Both the position numbers and the translations under genes were made by a program. DNA of 32,000 bases from Methanothermobacter marburgensis str. Marburg. Lineage in GTDB: Archaea; Methanobacteriota; Methanobacteria; Methanobacteriales; Methanothermobacteraceae. This document shows, in pieces, positions 27,390 to 32,000 of the stretch. The notes below the pieces were generated by a model. The model saw only the letters and a program-made list of their open reading frames with translations. It was not told the origin of the DNA and did not search any database. The stretch covers positions 1,380,001 to 1,412,000 of the forward strand of contig NC_014408.1 in the NCBI RefSeq assembly GCF_000145295.1, written 5' to 3'. How positions within the stretch are numbered: position 1 is the first letter of the stretch; each line of letters begins with the position of its first letter.

Positions 27390-27412
27390 TACTACTAATA
27401 ATATGAGTAGTA
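27390..27412 (+). promoter_or_regulatory. 7-bp perfect inverted repeat TACTACT-N9-AGTAGTA at the predicted hmd transcription start/leader
   Basis: Read directly. The arms are at 27390-27396 and 27406-27412. It lies between the TATA candidate and the GGAGTGAT SD. Confidence 0.5.
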
Positions 27413-27434
27413 TTACAGAAATGGAGTGATAGAT

Positions 27435-28469
27435 ATGAAACTTGCAATACTAGGTGCGGGATGTTACAGGACCCACGCGGCCAGTGGAATAACAAACTTT
27501 TCCAGGGCCTGTGAAGTCGCTGAAATGGTTGGAAAACCAGAAATAGCCATGACCCATTCTACAATAACAATGGGTGCTGAGCTGAAGGAACTTGCAGGTG
27601 TCGACGAAGTGGTCGTTGCAGACCCTGTATTCGACAACCAGTTCACAGTCATAGACGACTTCGCCTACGAGGACGTCATAGAGGCCCACAAGGAGGACCC
27701 TGAAAAAATAATGCCACAGATCAGGGAAAAGGTCAACGAAGTCGCCAAGGAGCTTCCAAAACCACCAGAAGGTGCAATACACTTCACACACCCTGAAGAC
27801 CTTGGATTTGAAATAACAACAGACGACAGGGAAGCGGTTGCAGACGCAGACTTCATCATGACCTGGTTCCCAAAGGGTGACATGCAGCCAGACATAATAA
27901 ACAAGTTCATAGACGACATAAAGCCTGGTGCAATAGTCACACACGCCTGCACAATTCCAACCACCAAGTTCTACAAGATCTTTGAACAGAAACACGGCGA
28001 CCTGGTAACCAAACCTGAAACACTCAACGTAACATCCTACCACCCAGGCGCTGTTCCTGAAATGAAGGGACAGGTATACATTGCAGAGGGCTACGCCTCA
28101 GAGGACGCAATAGAAACCCTCTTCGAACTCGGACAGAAGGCCAGGGGTAACGCATACCGGCTACCAGCAGAACTCCTCGGTCCTGTCTGTGACATGTGCT
28201 CAGCACTGACAGCAATAACCTACGCAGGTATACTATCCTACAGGGATTCAGTTACACAGGTACTCGGCGCACCAGCAAGTTTCGCACAGATGATGGCCAA
28301 GGAGTCCCTGGAGCAGATAACAGCTCTCATGGAAAAGGTTGGAATAGACAAGATGGAAGAGAACCTCGACCCCGGTGCACTCCTGGGTACAGCTGACTCC
28401 ATGAACTTCGGAGCATCAGCAGAGATACTTCCAACCGTCTTTGAAATCCTCGAGAAGAGGAAGAAATAA
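27435..28469 (+). CDS. hmd: H2-forming methylenetetrahydromethanopterin dehydrogenase ([Fe]-hydrogenase)
   Basis: 344 aa from ATG 27435, with a GGAGTGAT SD. MKLAILGAGCYRTHAASGITNFSRACEVAEMVGKPEIAMTHSTITMGAEL and the FeGP-ligand cysteine context VTHACTIPT match Hmd. Confidence 0.95.
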   Translation: MKLAILGAGCYRTHAASGITNFSRACEVAEMVGKPEIAMTHSTITMGAELKELAGVDEVVVADPVFDNQFTVIDDFAYEDVIEAHKEDPEKIMPQIREKVNEVAKELPKPPEGAIHFTHPEDLGFEITTDDREAVADADFIMTWFPKGDMQPDIINKFIDDIKPGAIVTHACTIPTTKFYKIFEQKHGDLVTKPETLNVTSYHPGAVPEMKGQVYIAEGYASEDAIETLFELGQKARGNAYRLPAELLGPVCDMCSALTAITYAGILSYRDSVTQVLGAPASFAQMMAKESLEQITALMEKVGIDKMEENLDPGALLGTADSMNFGASAEILPTVFEILEKRKK

Positions 28470-28471
28470 CC

Positions 28472-28505
28472 GGGCCACGGCCCAAAAAATTTATTTATTT
28501 TTTTA
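28472..28505 (+). terminator. Short GC hairpin (GGGCC-AC-GGCCC) followed by TTTATTTATTTTTTT after hmd
   Basis: It starts 3 nt after the hmd TAA. The stem is weak (4-5 bp) and the oligo-T run is the main signal. Confidence 0.45.
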
Positions 28506-28573
28506 ACCAACTGGGTTTATAGAGATCCAACTGACTTTTATGTTCCCAAGCAGCTGAAACTGGTGTTAAATTG

Positions 28574-29602
28574 ATGGATAAAATACTCAAAAAGGCGGCT
28601 GATGGATGTCCCCTCGATGATAACGAGGTTATACAGTTATTCCAGATAAAAGACCCGAAAGATTTTGCCCTTCTAATGGAAACAGCATTCAGCATCATGA
28701 AGGAGCGCAGAGGGGTTATCAAGCTCACATCCACAGTCCACATAACAAATATGTGCCAGGTTAGGCCAAGGTGCGGCTACTGTGGATTTGCCGCCGGAAC
28801 ATCACGTGATGGATACTACAGTTCATTTTTCAAAACCGATGATGAGATCCTTGAAGCCGCCAGGATAATAGAAAAATCTGGAATACCCAGGGTCAGCTGC
28901 TCAGGCGCCCATGGATTCAACGGTGAACACGCTGTTAAGGCAGCGGAAATAGTGAAGGAGAACACCTCACTTGAACTGCTCATAAACGTTGGATCCGACC
29001 TTAACAGGGCATCAGTGGAAAAACTTGCGGATTACAGTACTGACACTGTATGCTGTAACCTTGAAACCGTCAACAGAGGACTTTTCAGGCGTGTGAAACC
29101 CGGGGAGAGGATAGAGGATCGAATAAGAATCTGTGAACTTGTATGTGAAAGCGGAATGGAACTATCAAGTGGTCTCCTTATAGGTCTCGGTGAGAGTTAC
29201 GCTGACCGCCTTGCACACCTGCGATTCCTTGGTGAATTTGAAACGCTTGGAGAGATACCCATCATGGGATTCAACCCCTACCCTGGAACCCCAATGGAGA
29301 ACCATCCTCCCTGCCCCCTGGATGAACAGATGAAGACCATAGCCATCACACGTATCATGTACCCCGATATAAGAATAACGGTTCCAACACCCACCATAGG
29401 TCCCGAAAATGTCCGTTTCTCACTCATGGCCGGGGCAGATAACCTTGCAACGGTTATACCCGACGGTTACCCCTATGATGTCAAGGGTGTAGGGTCCCCA
29501 AGATACGGAAACCTCAACGATGTGCTGAGGGTTGTGAATGAACTGGGACTGAAGCCCCAGATATCAGCAAACCCCGCTGCGGATGGGGTTGCCCTGCTCT
29601 GA
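28574..29602 (+). CDS. hcgA: Radical SAM enzyme for FeGP cofactor biosynthesis (non-canonical CX5CX2C motif)
   Basis: 342 aa from ATG 28574. It has a BioB-like fold with CQVRPRCGYC (CX5CX2C) in place of CX3CX2C, and sits immediately downstream of hmd. Confidence 0.9.
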   Translation: MDKILKKAADGCPLDDNEVIQLFQIKDPKDFALLMETAFSIMKERRGVIKLTSTVHITNMCQVRPRCGYCGFAAGTSRDGYYSSFFKTDDEILEAARIIEKSGIPRVSCSGAHGFNGEHAVKAAEIVKENTSLELLINVGSDLNRASVEKLADYSTDTVCCNLETVNRGLFRRVKPGERIEDRIRICELVCESGMELSSGLLIGLGESYADRLAHLRFLGEFETLGEIPIMGFNPYPGTPMENHPPCPLDEQMKTIAITRIMYPDIRITVPTPTIGPENVRFSLMAGADNLATVIPDGYPYDVKGVGSPRYGNLNDVLRVVNELGLKPQISANPAADGVALL

Positions 29603-29640
29603 TTCATAATACGCGTGTACACCAGATACCCCTGAGTCCC

Positions 29641-29719
29641 ATCAATAAGCAGTGGTGTGATCATCAACCAATGCCCCTGAATGCCCTTAACTCTTATCAA
29701 TAAGCAGTGGTGTGGTCAT
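29641..29719. repeat. 24-bp direct repeat (23/24 identical) duplicating the hcgB ribosome-binding/start region
   Basis: atcaataagcagtggtgtgatcat at 29641-29664 and atcaataagcagtggtgtggtcat at 29696-29719, period 55 bp. A 10-bp imperfect tandem atgcccctga/atgcccttaa lies between them (29671-29690). Confidence 0.95.
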
Positions 29720-30197
29720 GTTAGAGGATATAATAGCCAGCGCATACCTTGAGTCTGCAGAGGACCGTCGCAGAGGAGACCGTGAAGAGGAAGTCAGAGC
29801 AGTGAGGGACTATATAAGCGGCGCTCAAAGGATTGTGGTGCCAAACTGGAACAGGGAAAAGGTTGATGTGATAAACGAGGTCCTAAGATCCTTCAACCTC
29901 AGGGAGGCGGAGCACCTTCAGTTCAACACCAACTGGGCGGACCTCACAAGGATGCCGGCCGTTACAAAGGCCCTCATGGCACTGGACATCTCAGGGGCAG
30001 ATCTTGTTATTGCCCGCGGACGGCTTGGGGTTCCGGGTTCTGGATCGCTCCTTGTGATCATGGACTCCAGGGGGAGGATACTTTCAGCTGCCATGTCACC
30101 CCCCCACGTTATACACGAAATGGGGGTTCAGGAGGCCGTGAGATCAGAGATGACCCATGCCCTTGAACGGATAGGCTTCAAAAGAGGATCAGAATGA
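29718..30197 (+). CDS. hcgB: HcgB (guanylyltransferase of FeGP cofactor biosynthesis)
   Basis: 159 aa from ATG 29718; GTG 29712 is an alternative start. Assigned by position in the hmd-hcg cluster and by size. I cannot verify specific motifs. Confidence 0.65.
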   Translation: MLEDIIASAYLESAEDRRRGDREEEVRAVRDYISGAQRIVVPNWNREKVDVINEVLRSFNLREAEHLQFNTNWADLTRMPAVTKALMALDISGADLVIARGRLGVPGSGSLLVIMDSRGRILSAAMSPPHVIHEMGVQEAVRSEMTHALERIGFKRGSE

Positions 30198-30955
30198 AAC
30201 ACCATGAAACAGGCATAACCGAGACGGTTAAAACATTCTTCTCAACATACAGGGTATACGACATAATCAAGCACATATCGGCAGTTAAATCAGCCGCGGT
30301 TACTGAATGGCTCGCTGAAATCGATATGAAACCTGAAAGTGCCCTTATAATCGGCTCATACTTCACAGGTGCTGCGATTGCAGGTTCACTTGACTGTGAT
30401 GTGACCGTTGCAGATATAAACCCACAGACACGTTTTATCCTTGATGATAACGTGAATTTCCAGGAGGGTCTTATGGACCTCAGGGGTCACTGGGACCTTC
30501 TGGTTGATACAACAGGTCTCGGGGGTGTCACCGAGGATGAGCTGAGGGGCATCAGCGCGGACACATTCATCGTTGAGGACCCAGCATCAGATGGCAGCGA
30601 TGATACTATAAGGAGATTCAACAGAACACGTGAAAGGCTCAGAATGGTTGAATCTGACATTTCAGGGGCCCTGCACACCTATGGCATTGGCTCCAAGACC
30701 TCCGGTACAATGACTCTCACAGTTGATGTCCTGAGGAGGTCGATGGCCGATGCACTTGAATTTGAGGGTGTGCTCTATGCAACAGCAACCCTTGAATTTT
30801 TTGAGAGGATACTCTTTAAGGACAGGGACCCTGAAAGATTCCTGAGAAACCTTGAATCGCCTGCCCTTGTGGTTTCCTCACTTGAAGATCTTGAATGTGA
30901 TGGGATCATAGAGGGGAACCTTGAGATGATAAAATCAAGAATAATCCCTGAATAG
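30194..30955 (+). CDS. hcgC: HcgC (Rossmann-like SAM-dependent methyltransferase of FeGP cofactor biosynthesis)
   Basis: 253 aa. It shares an ATGA start/stop overlap with hcgB and has a Rossmann-like IIGSYFTGAAIAGSL...DVTVADINP. Assigned mainly by context. Confidence 0.6.
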   Translation: MKHHETGITETVKTFFSTYRVYDIIKHISAVKSAAVTEWLAEIDMKPESALIIGSYFTGAAIAGSLDCDVTVADINPQTRFILDDNVNFQEGLMDLRGHWDLLVDTTGLGGVTEDELRGISADTFIVEDPASDGSDDTIRRFNRTRERLRMVESDISGALHTYGIGSKTSGTMTLTVDVLRRSMADALEFEGVLYATATLEFFERILFKDRDPERFLRNLESPALVVSSLEDLECDGIIEGNLEMIKSRIIPE

Positions 30956-31032
30956 CAAATGCTGCCAGCAGTTTGAAGGTGACAGTATGAGAATGGAATC
31001 CGGATCAAAGACCCCAGGCTGCCATTTCATTC

Positions 31033-31746
31033 ATGTCCAAAGGTGATACCATCAGAATAGAATCATTTATAGAGTTCATGGAGAGCCTGGCACCGCCTGA
31101 AATTGCACTTCAAGGTGACAGGATAGGATACCATGGTCCTGAAATTGAGGTTGAATCCGTCCTGGTGCTCATGGACTACCTGGATGATGTGCCTGTGGAT
31201 GGATATGACCTCCTGGTCCTCCACCACCCACCCCAGGTTGAACCTCCGATTCCCTACTATGTCGCACATTCCAACTGGGACGTTGCCGATGGTGGTGCCT
31301 GTGATGCACTTGCAGATGCCCTTGGACTGGACGTTGAATCCTTCCTTGACCCTGAAACCGGACTGGGACGCATATGTCGTGGGGACATTACACTGGAGGA
31401 GCTCATGGAAAGAACATGTGATCTGAGACCAGGGACGGTGAGGGTGGTGAACCCCAGAGAATACCTGGACCGGGTGGCGGTTGTATCAGGTTTCGGTCTC
31501 TCAGACAGGGACCTCATAAAAAGGGCCTTCTCTGAGGGGGCCTACGTTTATCTATCAGGTGACCTCACCCATGCCTCGGCGGTTCTTGCAAGAAACCTCA
31601 ACATGACACTCATTGATGCGGGTCATCATGCAACGGAAATGCCAGGACTCCTGAGACTCTGTGATATGATAGAGGGCCTCGGGCTGGTGGTGGACATTAC
31701 TGATACAGGTACTCCATGGACAGAGTACCGCTATGAAACATTCTAG
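31033..31746 (+). CDS. hcgD: NIF3-family protein HcgD
   Basis: 237 aa. It has the NIF3/YbgI-type metal motifs LLVLHHPP and DAGHHATE, and an N-terminus typical of the family. Confidence 0.75.
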   Translation: MSKGDTIRIESFIEFMESLAPPEIALQGDRIGYHGPEIEVESVLVLMDYLDDVPVDGYDLLVLHHPPQVEPPIPYYVAHSNWDVADGGACDALADALGLDVESFLDPETGLGRICRGDITLEELMERTCDLRPGTVRVVNPREYLDRVAVVSGFGLSDRDLIKRAFSEGAYVYLSGDLTHASAVLARNLNMTLIDAGHHATEMPGLLRLCDMIEGLGLVVDITDTGTPWTEYRYETF

Positions 31747-31775
31747 TAGACTGGTTTTCACAGCTGGTGATATGA

Positions 31776-32000
31776 TTGGAGATCTCTGAACTTGAAGGTA
31801 AAAAGGTGCCCCATGGAGAGGTCACACTTGTCGGTGCAGGGAGGCTGGGCTTTCGCACCGCCCTCAACCTCATGCAGATCCACCGTGGGGGCCCTGAAAG
31901 GATAAAGGTCATCGACGGCCAGAAGGTATCTGCAGATGACCTGATATTCCGCCTCATGGGGGCGAAGATAGGTGAATACAAGGTGAAGTTCATTGAATCC
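31776..32000 (+). CDS. hcgE: ThiF/MoeB-like adenylyltransferase HcgE, N-terminal part (continues beyond the window)
   Basis: An open frame runs to the window end and encodes ...VTLVGAGRLGFRTALNLMQIHRGGPERIKVIDGQKVSADDL, a GxGxxG dinucleotide fold of E1-like enzymes. The start is TTG 31776 or GTG 31806. It is missing from the ORF track because no stop lies inside the window. Confidence 0.6.
   Translation, partial: MEISELEGKKVPHGEVTLVGAGRLGFRTALNLMQIHRGGPERIKVIDGQKVSADDLIFRLMGAKIGEYKVKFIES

Overview
Archaeal methanogen chromosome segment. Gene content, gene order and protein sequences match what I recall of Methanothermobacter (thermautotrophicus/marburgensis group). This taxon call is from memory, not a search. 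Left part (1-13.1 kb) holds mostly housekeeping genes: upp (partial), class I fumarase beta subunit, mfnA, ppsA, rpl10e, a CooC-type Ni-insertion ATPase, a small Pcc1-like protein, methanogen-type serS, a Zn-ribbon membrane protein, a HisKA_2 sensor kinase, a long FKBP, a TmcAL-like nucleotidyltransferase, pyrC and a 60-aa CooT-like protein. Right part (13.3-32 kb) is a contiguous H2/methane energy-metabolism island. On the minus strand it carries mrtBDGA (methyl-CoM reductase isoenzyme II, no C gene), mvhDGAB ([NiFe] hydrogenase plus polyferredoxin) and the five-gene flpECBDA cluster. On the plus strand, divergent from flp, it carries hmd ([Fe]-hydrogenase) followed by hcgA, B, C, D and the start of hcgE. 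I recognised no rRNA, tRNA, CRISPR array, transposase, integrase or defence system. The best candidate for an uncharacterised system is the flp cluster. It combines a degenerate molybdopterin-oxidoreductase-like protein lacking the catalytic Sec/Cys region and domain IV, an FdhB/FrhB-like F420 subunit, an MvhD paralogue, and two orphan proteins, one of them a 505-aa Cys-rich protein behind its own hairpin and TATA box. Non-coding oddities also deserve a look. These are a perfect 65-bp tandem repeat, two cases where a gene's translation-initiation region is duplicated 50-55 bp upstream creating mini-ORFs, a 15-bp perfect inverted repeat inside the flp cluster, a 430-bp mvhB-mrtB spacer and a 596-bp flp/hmd divergent control region. 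All start codons, promoters and terminators are manual calls from the sequence and ORF track.
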